The notes below the pieces were generated by a model that saw nothing but the letters and a program-made list of their open reading frames with translations, did not search any database and had not been told where the DNA came from. This document shows positions 36,764 to 46,265 of a DNA stretch of 64,000 bases, piece after piece. Origin of the DNA: Nitrososphaeria archaeon (GTDB lineage: Archaea; Thermoproteota; Nitrososphaeria; Nitrososphaerales; JAAOZN01); assembly GCA_029775855.1 (NCBI GenBank), contig JARVJZ010000001.1, positions 128,001-192,000 on the forward strand, given 5' to 3'. The position numbers were made by a program, and so were the translations under genes. Numbering within the stretch: the first letter of the stretch is position 1; each line of letters opens with the position of its first letter.

Positions 36764-38413
36764 TTAAACACTAACTAGCATACCTCGAATAACCTTAACT
36801 ACATTTGGTAGAATTAAAGGCTGGAATGGTTTAAGATACTTTGAAGATGCGGCACCAATTAATGCCCTTTTATCTCCTACACTAAGGTAGCCTTCCTTAA
36901 AAACGTCAATAAACTCTTGAATTCTTTTTGAAAAAGGTGTCAGTTTAACTGCATAGTAGATAAACTCAGCTATATCCCAGCTCGGATCACCACCTTCCAT
37001 AGCCTGCTCAAGGTCTGTTAGATATAGCTTTGAGTTATAGTATAAAGTATTGCTAGGCTTCGTGTCTCCGACCGTATATCCTTTGCTATGTAATTCAGCT
37101 AAAGTTTTCCCATACAATCTGACAGCTTCTAGATCATCACTTTCACCATTCAAATAATCTGTAATGATTTCTCCGAGGTTCTTGCCTTGGAGAAACTCTG
37201 TAACTAAGATTCTATCCGAAAGGTAAAGTATCAGTATGTGTGGTGTGTTAAATCCTATTTCTCTAAACTTAAGTATGGCTGAGTATTCATATGCAAGTCT
37301 AGCGTCTGGATTCTGTTCAAACCTTCTTGTAGGTAAAGCCCAGACGTTAAGAAGTGTCCACTTGAAGGCTGAGATATTCTTAAAACGTTTTACAACCGCC
37401 TTAAAATTTTTTGTCTCATCTGAGATCTCTAATAGTTGTGTTATGCTATAAAATTCACCTAACCCCTTAAACTTGGTTTGTGCCGACTGGCCAAAGCCAA
37501 AGTATTGCACAGCATCATTTACCCAATCATCACATTCAACCACAAGCCTACCTTCGCTTATGGTAAACGCATTTGTAGGATGCTTTAAAAGACCCGGCGC
37601 TTCGCCTGTGGAGCGGCTTCGGCTTATCTTAGAAAAGAGTTCTTTCCCAATGACGTCTAACCCAACTCTTCCAGCATAGCTGTGGATAGCGTATTGTGTT
37701 ACCCCCCTTGAAGCATAGGTTAGGATCGATAGTATCTTAGCCATTTGATGCACTCTTATACCTGAACGTTTGATCTTGGCTTTGCCGTCGATTAGTGAGA
37801 TTAACCCATCACTTTCTAGTTGTTGAAGGGCTTCTTTGAAGCCTCTTAATGTGACTTCTAGGTTCCTTACTCCATTTGGTCCGCTGTATGTTTTAACATA
37901 ACTGTATAGGGCTGGTGGGTATATGGCTGCTCTCTTCTTCAACTTATCAAATAAGAAGTATTCTGGTCCTATTAGGAGTATAGTGGAAAGTTCGCCATAG
38001 GTGGATGCAAGACCTTTAAGCGCCTCAAGTATAACCCTCTTCTTATATGATACTTCAACTTGTCTAAGATATTGTGCACCATAAATCGGTTCATATATGT
38101 TGAGCAGCCTTCCAACCACGAATTCACCTAATTTTGCTTTCTCTGCATCGTCTTTGAGGGCTTTAGCATCTACAAGCAGAGCTGAAACTGACACTTCGTT
38201 TTGTAGATATTTATATCTGACAAGAGGGGGGTATTCCTCAATCGCTATCATTACGTCATAGTCGCTGTCTGCTTTCGCGTAACCAGCCACTCTAGACCCA
38301 TAAAGGCATATTCCAGCTATTGACTTCTTCTCTATTATGGGTGAAATAACCTTCTTTACAGCTTCCACTTCATCCACACTGATATACTTAGGTTCTTCCT
38401 CGAAGTCTATCAT
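36764..38413 (-). CDS. Fusion of Pol-beta-type nucleotidyltransferase and protein-kinase-like (RIO/Kdo/APH) domain
   Basis: LYGSRVAGYAKADSDYD at N-terminus; VVKRF, LVTEFL, GDTKPSN, TDLEQA, WDIAEF at C-terminus. Confidence 0.8.
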   Translation of the reverse strand: MIDFEEEPKYISVDEVEAVKKVISPIIEKKSIAGICLYGSRVAGYAKADSDYDVMIAIEEYPPLVRYKYLQNEVSVSALLVDAKALKDDAEKAKLGEFVVGRLLNIYEPIYGAQYLRQVEVSYKKRVILEALKGLASTYGELSTILLIGPEYFLFDKLKKRAAIYPPALYSYVKTYSGPNGVRNLEVTLRGFKEALQQLESDGLISLIDGKAKIKRSGIRVHQMAKILSILTYASRGVTQYAIHSYAGRVGLDVIGKELFSKISRSRSTGEAPGLLKHPTNAFTISEGRLVVECDDWVNDAVQYFGFGQSAQTKFKGLGEFYSITQLLEISDETKNFKAVVKRFKNISAFKWTLLNVWALPTRRFEQNPDARLAYEYSAILKFREIGFNTPHILILYLSDRILVTEFLQGKNLGEIITDYLNGESDDLEAVRLYGKTLAELHSKGYTVGDTKPSNTLYYNSKLYLTDLEQAMEGGDPSWDIAEFIYYAVKLTPFSKRIQEFIDVFKEGYLSVGDKRALIGAASSKYLKPFQPLILPNVVKVIRGMLVSV

Positions 38414-39099
38414 TTATTAACACGCTCTATCTCCTTCAACCTAGTAAGAAGCATCTGATCAAACTTTAGGTTAAAAACCGACTGAATAGAAATCTTCATA
38501 ACATTGCTGTCAGGTGTTAACCTGATGGTTGGTAGCCCCTTCGCAAGCCAATGCTTTAACACATTCTTATGTAGGCGCTCATCCACCAAACCGTTGCTGA
38601 ATTTCCTCTTTAAAAGACGTTTTAGAGATTTATCTTTATATATTTTCTCAAGTTGTGAAAAGCCGCTCGTATCCAAATGAACCGCCTCAAACATACTGGA
38701 TGTGAGTTCTGCTGAGAGCAGTTCTCTGCTGGTGAACTGTTTTACTAGCGATGCATAATGTAAAAACTCATGCGCTAAAACTGCGTGCAACGTGGCTTTA
38801 GAGCCATAGGCTATAAGAGCCGCTGTAATCTGAACAACGATCTCTAATGAACCTTCTACTTCAATAGGTATTGTTCTGGCATACATTACGCCTATCTGTG
38901 AAGGTTCAAGCTCACTTGACACTATGGGAAGGAAGGGTTCAACATAGTAAGTTGGATACTTTAGCTCGGCAGCTTTTTCAACTCTCTGGATACCTTCATC
39001 AAGATACTTCAATCTAGAGCGAATTTTCCTCATCACACTTTTTGGAATCTTATCTTGAATCTCAGGTTGCTCCAGCTTAAATAGAGGCTCTAACGCCAC
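38410..39099 (-). CDS. Hypothetical protein with HExxH motif
   Basis: HAVLAHEFLHY; 4-bp overlap with the downstream gene; resembles from memory a conserved thaumarchaeal protein. Confidence 0.75.
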   Translation of the reverse strand: MALEPLFKLEQPEIQDKIPKSVMRKIRSRLKYLDEGIQRVEKAAELKYPTYYVEPFLPIVSSELEPSQIGVMYARTIPIEVEGSLEIVVQITAALIAYGSKATLHAVLAHEFLHYASLVKQFTSRELLSAELTSSMFEAVHLDTSGFSQLEKIYKDKSLKRLLKRKFSNGLVDERLHKNVLKHWLAKGLPTIRLTPDSNVMKISIQSVFNLKFDQMLLTRLKEIERVNK

Positions 39100-39179
39100 C
39101 CTGCACCACTACCCACATCATTCAAAACTCATTTACTTAAGGTTATAAGTAAAGACTGCAATAAGGTATATAGAAGCTT

Positions 39180-40049
39180 ATGACGCATGAACACAAAGTT
39201 AAACAATTGAAAGAATTAAGCGAAATAACTTCAGAACTTAACCCAGAACTCAAATCGAAAGCAGAAGCGCTATACAAATGGTTCAAAGAGAAGAAAAGCG
39301 TGATAGTCGCTCTCTCAGGAGGAGTAGACAGCTCTGTAGTAGCAGCTTTTGCAAAACTAGCGTTAAACAATAGAGCAACTGCTGTCACATGTATCTCACC
39401 GACACTAGCTCCATTAGAGCTTGAAGATGCTAAGAAAGTAGCCAGTTTTATTGGTATAAGGCATATCTTGCTCAACTACAGCGAAGAAGCAAACCAGAAA
39501 GTAGCAGATAATCCTCCTGAACGATGCTACTATTGCAGAAGCGAACTTGCGAACCTACTTAAACAGATCCGTAAAGAAGACAACGAAGCCACAATGGTAG
39601 ACGGAGGAGTATTGGACGACTTGAACCAAAGGAGACCTGGGGTAAGAGCGTTAAGAGAAAATGGGGTTCGAAGCCCGCTACAAGAAGTAGGTTTAACAAA
39701 ACAAGAGGTAAGACAGATAGCAAAAGCAGCCGGACTGCCTAACCACGATAAACCATCTAACGCTTGTCTTGCATCACGCTTCCCCTATGGTCAGAGGATA
39801 ACTGCAGTAGAAGCGCAGAAAGTAGCTGAAGCAGAAGCTTTGATTAAGAAGATGACTAATGCCAAACAAGTAAGGGTTAGAGTGCACGGAGACTTGGCGA
39901 GAATAGAAGTTGGTAAAGATGAGCGTAAACTCTTCTTCGATGAAGTCCTAATGGATAAAATATACTCTAGCCTTAAAACACTTGGCTACACATTTGTCAC
40001 ACTCGACTTATTTGGGTATAGAAGTGGGAGTTTAGATGAAGCACTTTAG
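39180..40049 (+). CDS. larE: LarE-type ATP-dependent sulfur transferase
   Basis: ALSGGVDS PP-loop, RCYYCR, RRPG, SPL, PSNACLASRFPYG, VRVRVHG, GYRSGS. Confidence 0.9.
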   Translation: MTHEHKVKQLKELSEITSELNPELKSKAEALYKWFKEKKSVIVALSGGVDSSVVAAFAKLALNNRATAVTCISPTLAPLELEDAKKVASFIGIRHILLNYSEEANQKVADNPPERCYYCRSELANLLKQIRKEDNEATMVDGGVLDDLNQRRPGVRALRENGVRSPLQEVGLTKQEVRQIAKAAGLPNHDKPSNACLASRFPYGQRITAVEAQKVAEAEALIKKMTNAKQVRVRVHGDLARIEVGKDERKLFFDEVLMDKIYSSLKTLGYTFVTLDLFGYRSGSLDEAL

Positions 40050-40094
40050 GATATACCCTACCGATCATCCTCCAGAGCCTTGCACCTTTTTATG

Positions 40095-40553
40095 TTAGGT
40101 GGGTAAGGTGTATACTGGTTCTCTGCTTCTGCTACTCATCTCAACGAATGTCTCTGTATGTGTTATGCCCTCGATCGCCGCAAATTTGTTTGAGATGAGG
40201 TTATGGAGTTCATCTAAGTTTCGAGTCTTAACGAAGATTAGCAAGTCGAATCTACCTGTAACTTCGTGAACCGTTCTTACTTGGTCAAGTTCAAGCAGCT
40301 GCTCCATAACATTGCTTCTATATTTTGAGTCAACATTGGCCCCAACAATAGCGTCCACATTATATCCTAGTAACTCCTCGTTTACAATTACTGTAAACTT
40401 CTTTATCAACCCTCTCTTAACCAGACGCTTTATTCGACTGTAGACTACAGAAGGATTTACATTGATCTTCTTGCTTAGCTTAGGGACGGATAGACTGGCG
40501 TCTGAAACAAGTTCTTTAAGGATCTTCATATCAATATCGTCGATTTTACCCAT
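40095..40553 (-). CDS. Lrp/AsnC transcriptional regulator
   Basis: DDIDMKILKEL HTH, RIKRL, EVTGRFD. Confidence 0.93.
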   Translation of the reverse strand: MGKIDDIDMKILKELVSDASLSVPKLSKKINVNPSVVYSRIKRLVKRGLIKKFTVIVNEELLGYNVDAIVGANVDSKYRSNVMEQLLELDQVRTVHEVTGRFDLLIFVKTRNLDELHNLISNKFAAIEGITHTETFVEMSSRSREPVYTLPT

Positions 40554-40647
40554 TTATCATCTTCCCCACCTATTACTTGCAGAACAACTAGTTAATAAAC
40601 TTAAATATTATAGGTTAGTGTATCAAAAATCACTAACCATTAAATGC

Positions 40648-41733
40648 TTAAGTTAGGAAACCCTTTACCTCTAATAGCTCACCTACAAGAACAGCACCTT
40701 TGGCAGCACCCATCTTTGTGTTATGAGACACCAGCACATACTTTACACCATTTTCAAGCGCATCGTCAAGCCTAATCCTACCAACAGTAGTAGCCATACC
40801 ATCCTCTCTGTTGCGATCAAGCCTAGGCTGTGGTCTAAAAGGGTCGTCCAAGACATAAATCATCCTAGTTGGTGCAGATGGGAGACCAAGTTCCTTAAGT
40901 TCTTTACCAGCATCGCTCATCGCCTCTTTAACAGCCTCTACTGTCAAGGTTTTCTTTGCGGATACAAAAACAGACTCCGTATGCCCATCTTTAACATTCA
41001 CACGCGTGCAGGTACAGCTGACCTTAAATGGAGCGATTTCAATTCCCTTAGATCCGAGCTTACCAAGTATCTTAAGAGTTTCAGTCTGAACCTTCTCCTC
41101 CTCCTTCGGTATATATGGTATGACGTTGTCAAGTATGTCAAGGGCTAAGACCCCTGGGCTTCTACCTGCGCCGGAAACGGCTTGCATAGAAGTCATTAGG
41201 ACGCGGTTTATGCCAAATCTATCGTAGATTGGTTTAAGTGTGATAACAAGTCCAGTAGTTGTGCAGTTTGGAATAGGTGTGATAAACCCATTCCAACCTC
41301 TGCTCTCTTTTTGCCTAGATAGAAGTTCAACGTGCTCATTGTTAACACCTGGCACTATGATAGGTACATCAGGCTCATATCTGAAGGCTGAGGCTGTGCT
41401 TATAACGGGTTTCTTTTTAGCGTACTTTGGCTCGAGAAGAAGAGCTTGGTCAGATTCTAAGGCTGTGAAGACCAAGTCGCAGTCATCAACATTTAGGGTA
41501 GCCGCGTCTTCAACCTTCATCCTTAAAACCTCAGGATCGGGTTCTTCGTCGCAGAACCAAGCTAAGGCTCCGTTCTCTCGTCTAAGAGCCTCTTCATATG
41601 TTTTGCCAGCTGATCTCTGTGAAGCAGCAAGCTTGGCTATCTTGAACCAAGGATGCTTTTGAAGAGCTACCACAAACTGCTGACCTACTACACCTGTCGC
41701 ACCCACTATAGCTACTGAACGCATGCCAACCAC
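40648..41733 (-). CDS. asd: Aspartate-semialdehyde dehydrogenase, archaeal type (start may be 41724)
   Basis: GATGVVGQ, PNCTT, QAVSGAG, EEEK, RVNVKDGH, PQPRLDR, HNTKMGAA. Confidence 0.92.
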   Translation of the reverse strand: MVGMRSVAIVGATGVVGQQFVVALQKHPWFKIAKLAASQRSAGKTYEEALRRENGALAWFCDEEPDPEVLRMKVEDAATLNVDDCDLVFTALESDQALLLEPKYAKKKPVISTASAFRYEPDVPIIVPGVNNEHVELLSRQKESRGWNGFITPIPNCTTTGLVITLKPIYDRFGINRVLMTSMQAVSGAGRSPGVLALDILDNVIPYIPKEEEKVQTETLKILGKLGSKGIEIAPFKVSCTCTRVNVKDGHTESVFVSAKKTLTVEAVKEAMSDAGKELKELGLPSAPTRMIYVLDDPFRPQPRLDRNREDGMATTVGRIRLDDALENGVKYVLVSHNTKMGAAKGAVLVGELLEVKGFLT

Positions 41734-41816
41734 CCTTCCACACAGACCAAATTATCTTTTTTGTAGCTATTTCAAGCAAAACGTAAAAATAAGTGGACTT
41801 GACCCTTCATAAACGA

Positions 41817-41910
41817 GCTCCGGTGGTGTAGCCCGGTCAAGCATAGCGGCCTTACCTGAAAACGGGGCTAGTCGAGTCGCTGACCGCGGGTTCAAATCCC
41901 GCCCGGAGCA
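41817..41910 (+). tRNA. tRNA-Glu(TTC) with an 18-nt intron (41854-41871) at non-canonical position 34/35
   Basis: Acceptor and T arm match tRNA-Glu(CTC); GCGGC-CTT[ACCTGAAAACGGGGCTAG]TCGA-GTCGC gives a 7-nt loop after excision. Confidence 0.85.
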
Positions 41911-41949
41911 TCCTTTTAACCTTGCATCTAGTTTAGTGGTGTAATCTTT

Positions 41950-41976
41950 ATAATCTACGACATTGTCGTAGATTAT
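41950..41976. promoter_or_regulatory. Perfect 27-bp palindrome, probable operator of the DtxR-feo operon
   Basis: ATAATCTACGACA-T-TGTCGTAGATTAT overlapping TTTATAA (41947-41953) and ATG 41975. Confidence 0.8.
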
Positions 41977-42373
41977 GTTGGTGCATAAGGCGGTATCAGG
42001 TTTTTCACAAGGGCAAGAGGAGTTCCTTGAGTTAGTATATAGGCTGACCGCTTCGGGTAGAGCCGCTAAAACAAGTGTACTTGCCAATGAGCTAAAGACT
42101 ACTTTGGGCACTGTTACGAATCTTGTTGAGAGGCTTGAGAAGAAGGGGCTTGTGATCCATCAACCATACAAAGGTATCATTTTAACCTATAAGGGTAGGC
42201 GTGTTGCCTCTAATGTGGTTGAGAGGCATCGGCTTCTAGAGCTCTTCTTGATAAAGTTCCTTAAGATTCCTTCCAAGCGTGCGCATAAATATGCTTGTAA
42301 GATGGAGCACTCTGTTGACAAAGAAGTAGTTAGCGCTATCGCTAATCTTCTATCTAACAAAGGTGAGGCTTAA
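41975..42373 (+). CDS. DtxR/MntR-family metal-dependent regulator (no SH3 domain)
   Basis: EEFLELVY, wHTH, PYKGIILT, RHRLLELFL, ACKMEH. Confidence 0.92.
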   Translation: MLVHKAVSGFSQGQEEFLELVYRLTASGRAAKTSVLANELKTTLGTVTNLVERLEKKGLVIHQPYKGIILTYKGRRVASNVVERHRLLELFLIKFLKIPSKRAHKYACKMEHSVDKEVVSAIANLLSNKGEA

Positions 42374-43019
42374 TCTAATGGTCTCTAGCAGCGAGGTCAA
42401 AGAAGTGCTTGAAATTATAACTTCAATAGATCCAGAGAGTAGAGGTGCTTCGCCACAAGATATAGCGACCAAATTAGGTTGGTCAATCGAAAAGACTCTG
42501 GAAAGGTTGAATGAGGGTTTAGCTAACGGTCTCCTCGAGCAACATAACTCCTTGTTCAAACTTACAGAAAAAGGCTTGGAAGAAATCTTAGCCCACAGAG
42601 CACAATATGTCCACGACAACCTAATACATAAAAGCAGATTGACCACTCTTATAGAGCGACTTAGAGGAAAATCCAGTAAAGACATGAAAGAGCACCTTCA
42701 AAGCACACATAGGTTAGACAGCGAAGCCTCTAACATCATCCAACATAACCTTCAAGCACTTAAAGGTCAAGTAGAGCAACTTACTCCCCTTACTGAGTTA
42801 AAACGCGGTGAAAGCGGAGAAGTCGTGTTCGTAGTCGCCGGTAGAGGGTTACTTGCTAGACTTGCCGCTATGGGTCTAACCCCCAAAGTAAAGGTTAAAG
42901 TTGTAAGGTCCGCCCCATTACATGGACCAATCGAAATCTCCCTTAGAGACATTTCGATAATATTAGGTTATGGTGTAGCCTCAAAGATCTATGTAAGGCG
43001 TATCTCAGATGTTAAGTAG
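42363..43019 (+). CDS. Winged-helix + His-containing linker + FeoA (SH3-like) fusion
   Basis: LTEKGLE wing; HRAQYVHDNLIH; PLTELKRGE...RLAAMGL...APLHGPI...ASKIYV. Confidence 0.8.
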   Translation: MRLNLMVSSSEVKEVLEIITSIDPESRGASPQDIATKLGWSIEKTLERLNEGLANGLLEQHNSLFKLTEKGLEEILAHRAQYVHDNLIHKSRLTTLIERLRGKSSKDMKEHLQSTHRLDSEASNIIQHNLQALKGQVEQLTPLTELKRGESGEVVFVVAGRGLLARLAAMGLTPKVKVKVVRSAPLHGPIEISLRDISIILGYGVASKIYVRRISDVK

Positions 43020-44988
43020 CAAAGCTCAACAGAGGCATCTAACTATCGCACTTGTAGGAAACGCAAATGTAGGAAAATCAGCCATATTTAATCAGCTAAC
43101 CGGGTTAAATCAAGTTGTCTCAAACTGGCCAGGCAAGACTGTTGAAAGAGCTGAAGGTGTGCTTCACTTTCAGAATTACATAATCAAAGTAGTAGACTTA
43201 CCGGGCATCTACTCCCTCTCAACCTACTCAATAGAAGAGTTAGTGACTAGAGATTATTTAGTTGAGGAGAATCTAGATGTTGTAGTTAATGTTATTGACG
43301 CATCAGCTCTTGAGCGGAACCTCTATCTAACACTTCAGCTACTCGAATTAGGCCTACCCTTGGTTATAGCCTTGAACCAAGTTGATTTTGCTGCAAAAAA
43401 AGGTTTAAGACTTGATGTTCAAAAGCTCTCTGACCTTCTAGCTGTCCCAGTAGTGCCAACAATCGCTGTAACAGGCTCGGGTATAAATGAGCTGCTGGAA
43501 GTATCTGTTAAAGCCGCTAAAGAAGGCATGAACAAAGTATCTTCTGCAATAAAGTATGGTAAGGAAGTTGAAGAGCAGCTCAACAAACTATCTTCTGTGC
43601 TCAAAGAAAAAGCACCTAACTTAACTTCAAAGTATCCTGCACGATGGTTGGCAATAAAACTCTTGGAGAAGGATCCCGTGGTTATCGAGTTGGTGAAGCG
43701 AGAAAAGATGGGTCAACAGATTCAAGTATTGGCTGAAGCAATTATAGAGCATTTAGAGAAGATACACGGTGAAAGCTCAATCTTTGTAATCGCATCAGAA
43801 AGATACAGCGTGGCTAGTAAGATAGCTGGTGAAGTCGTTAAAGTAGCTTCTCCACCCAAGCTCTCTATTGAAGAAAAACTAAGTGATGTTACCGCACGCG
43901 GAATAATTGGTTACCTAATACTTGTAGCTATCTTCACTGGCACCTTCGCAACCATATTTTACATAGGCGGCTTCCTAGTAACCCAGCTAGAGTTCATTTT
44001 TGGTGAACTACTCTTACCGATGGTGAACAGTCTCCTAAGCTTCGCATCACCTATCTTGACCACTATCATCGTTGACGGTATTCTGGGCGGCGTAATCGCT
44101 GGGTTGACTGTAGTCTTACCATATATTGTTCCCTTTTATCTAATTTTAGCTATACTGCAAGATAGCGGCTACCTCCCGAGAGCTGCTTTTCTTATGGATA
44201 ACTTTATGCATAAGATAGGCTTACACGGCAAAGCCTTCATCCCTCTACTCTTAGGCTATGGATGTAGTGTCCCAGCGTGTATAAGCTGTAGGATAATGGA
44301 GACTGATAGGGAGCGTTTTCTAGCAGCATTTGTAACTGTGTTGATTCCCTGCGCAGCTAGGACTGTAATAATCTTAGGCTTAGTAGGAAGATACCTTGGC
44401 TTACCCGCAGCTATATCAATATATGTCTTTAACCTGATTATTGTTTTCTTACTCGGTAGAATAGCTCATCGAACCTTTCCGGGCGAATCTGTTGGGTTGG
44501 TTATGGAGATGCCACCATATAGGAAACCACTTCTTAAAGTTGTGTTAGCGCAGACTTGGTCTAGGACTAAGGACTTCATTCAGATAGCCTTTCCTATAAT
44601 AATAGGAGGCTCGATTTTGCTTCAGTCGATGAATATGTCTGGTCTGCTTCAGAAAGCTGAAGAAGTTCTCGAACCCTTTACAAATCTTTGGCTCGGTCTA
44701 CCCAATTTCAGCATCATCCCCCTTGTATTTGGTGTATTACGTAAAGAGCTTGCTCTGATATTATTAGGAGACGTCGCAGGCACCTTTGACTTCTCTTTAG
44801 TCTTATCGCCTGTGCAGATGGTTGTGTTTACGGTGGTCAGCCTAATCTATATACCATGTATATCTACTATCGCTGCTTTAATACACGAATTTGGTGTAAA
44901 AAGAACCTTGCTTATAGTCTTCTTAAATATCACACTAGCCTTCATTATAGGAGGAGTAACCTATAGAATTCTCACCCCTCTACTCTGA
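43009..44988 (+). CDS. feoB: Ferrous iron transporter FeoB
   Basis: GNANVGKS, NWPGKTVE, DLPG, NQVD, DSGYLPR, GCSVPA, YIPC. Confidence 0.96.
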   Translation: MLSSKAQQRHLTIALVGNANVGKSAIFNQLTGLNQVVSNWPGKTVERAEGVLHFQNYIIKVVDLPGIYSLSTYSIEELVTRDYLVEENLDVVVNVIDASALERNLYLTLQLLELGLPLVIALNQVDFAAKKGLRLDVQKLSDLLAVPVVPTIAVTGSGINELLEVSVKAAKEGMNKVSSAIKYGKEVEEQLNKLSSVLKEKAPNLTSKYPARWLAIKLLEKDPVVIELVKREKMGQQIQVLAEAIIEHLEKIHGESSIFVIASERYSVASKIAGEVVKVASPPKLSIEEKLSDVTARGIIGYLILVAIFTGTFATIFYIGGFLVTQLEFIFGELLLPMVNSLLSFASPILTTIIVDGILGGVIAGLTVVLPYIVPFYLILAILQDSGYLPRAAFLMDNFMHKIGLHGKAFIPLLLGYGCSVPACISCRIMETDRERFLAAFVTVLIPCAARTVIILGLVGRYLGLPAAISIYVFNLIIVFLLGRIAHRTFPGESVGLVMEMPPYRKPLLKVVLAQTWSRTKDFIQIAFPIIIGGSILLQSMNMSGLLQKAEEVLEPFTNLWLGLPNFSIIPLVFGVLRKELALILLGDVAGTFDFSLVLSPVQMVVFTVVSLIYIPCISTIAALIHEFGVKRTLLIVFLNITLAFIIGGVTYRILTPLL

Positions 44989-45026
44989 GATAAACTAAAA
45001 TCTAACCGTATAGTAAGAGATTTGAA

Positions 45027-46265
45027 TTGAATGCTAAAGAGGATATAGGCTTCCAAGAAGCCTACAACTTAACAGTAGTTAACGTTGAGCGTCTGGGCAA
45101 AGAGCTACTTTCCCTCAGCAAAGCCCTTGGAAGGGTATGCGCAGAAGACATATACGCTACCAGAAGCACGCCTTCAGCAGACGTCTCACTTAAGGACGGT
45201 TTCGCAGTCAGATCTATAGATGTAGAAGGCGCGAGCGCAACAAACCCCAAGCGGCTACGCATAATAGGTTCCTTGGCTGCAGGTGAGCAAAAGGTTCCCA
45301 CTTTAAAGGAAGGGTGTGCTATAAAGGTAACATCTGGTGCGCTTCTACCTAAGGGTGCTGAGGCTGTTGTATCAATCGAATTTACAGCTGAACACGGAGA
45401 TTACGTTGAAGTGTATGCCGACGCCGAGCCTGGTAGAAACGTATTAAAGAAGGGTTCAGACCTAGAGGCTGGTTCAAAGATCTTTAGTGAAGGAGAATTA
45501 CTCTACCCATCTGCAATAAGCCTAATAGCTGCAGGTGGAAAAAGTTCAATTTTAGTCTACCGCAGACCATCTGTTGAAATTATAGCAACGGGGAGTGAAG
45601 TGGTTGCTCTAGGAAAGAGGGTTGGGGTGGGCAAGATTGTTGCAACAAACCTTCTGAACATCTACAGCTGGCTAATATCCCTAGGGCTAAAGGTTAAGAG
45701 TTGTGTTGTTAAAGACGAAGTTAAAGCCATTAAGTCTGCACTTGGCCGAGCATTAACAAGGTCTGATGTTGTGTTGACAATCGGAGGTGCTTGGAAGAGT
45801 GAGAAAGACATCGTTGTTAAGATGCTAGATGAACTCGGCTGGAAAAAGATCTATCACAGAGTCAAGATGGGTCCGGGGAAGGCGATAGCCTTTGGACTGT
45901 TAGGTTCAAAAGTAGTATTTTGTTTGCCCGGAGGTCCACCTTCAAATGAAATGGCTTTTCTACAGCTTGTTTTGCCAGCTGTCCTCAAGATGTGCGGGTT
46001 AAAGAGGTCTGTAATTCCAGTCATTAAGGCTAAGCTGCTTCAAGAAGTTCATGGGCAGCTAGATTGGACTCAATTCGTCTATGGGATTCTTAAACAGAGT
46101 AGTGTGGGGTTAGTTGTTGAACCTTTAACCCTTAAGCGTAGGCTTCAAGATATGGCTGAAGCGAATTGCGTGTTTATGGTGCCAGAGGGTGTAGAGGTCT
46201 TGAGCGTTGGCTGCTCGGTCGATGTTCAACTTCTAAGACCACAAGCTTTAGCGCCTATGATATAG
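45027..46265 (+). CDS. moeA: Molybdopterin molybdo/tungsto-transferase MoeA
   Basis: ALGRVCAED, KDGFAV, ATGSEV, MGPGK, LPGGP. Confidence 0.9.
   Translation: MNAKEDIGFQEAYNLTVVNVERLGKELLSLSKALGRVCAEDIYATRSTPSADVSLKDGFAVRSIDVEGASATNPKRLRIIGSLAAGEQKVPTLKEGCAIKVTSGALLPKGAEAVVSIEFTAEHGDYVEVYADAEPGRNVLKKGSDLEAGSKIFSEGELLYPSAISLIAAGGKSSILVYRRPSVEIIATGSEVVALGKRVGVGKIVATNLLNIYSWLISLGLKVKSCVVKDEVKAIKSALGRALTRSDVVLTIGGAWKSEKDIVVKMLDELGWKKIYHRVKMGPGKAIAFGLLGSKVVFCLPGGPPSNEMAFLQLVLPAVLKMCGLKRSVIPVIKAKLLQEVHGQLDWTQFVYGILKQSSVGLVVEPLTLKRRLQDMAEANCVFMVPEGVEVLSVGCSVDVQLLRPQALAPMI

Noticed and set aside
40648-41733. Malonyl-CoA/succinyl-CoA reductase (Asd paralogue) of the HP/HB cycle
   Set aside because: Motifs and the Lrp neighbour fit ordinary Asd; cannot be distinguished without a phylogeny
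20224-41910. Near-identical tRNA 3' ends at 20224 and 41885-41910 as att sites of an island
   Set aside because: They are on opposite strands, both are complete tRNA-Glu isoacceptors, no integrase is present, and core genes lie between them
41767-42111. 114-aa minus-strand ORF
   Set aside because: Antisense to the tRNA-Glu gene and the DtxR gene
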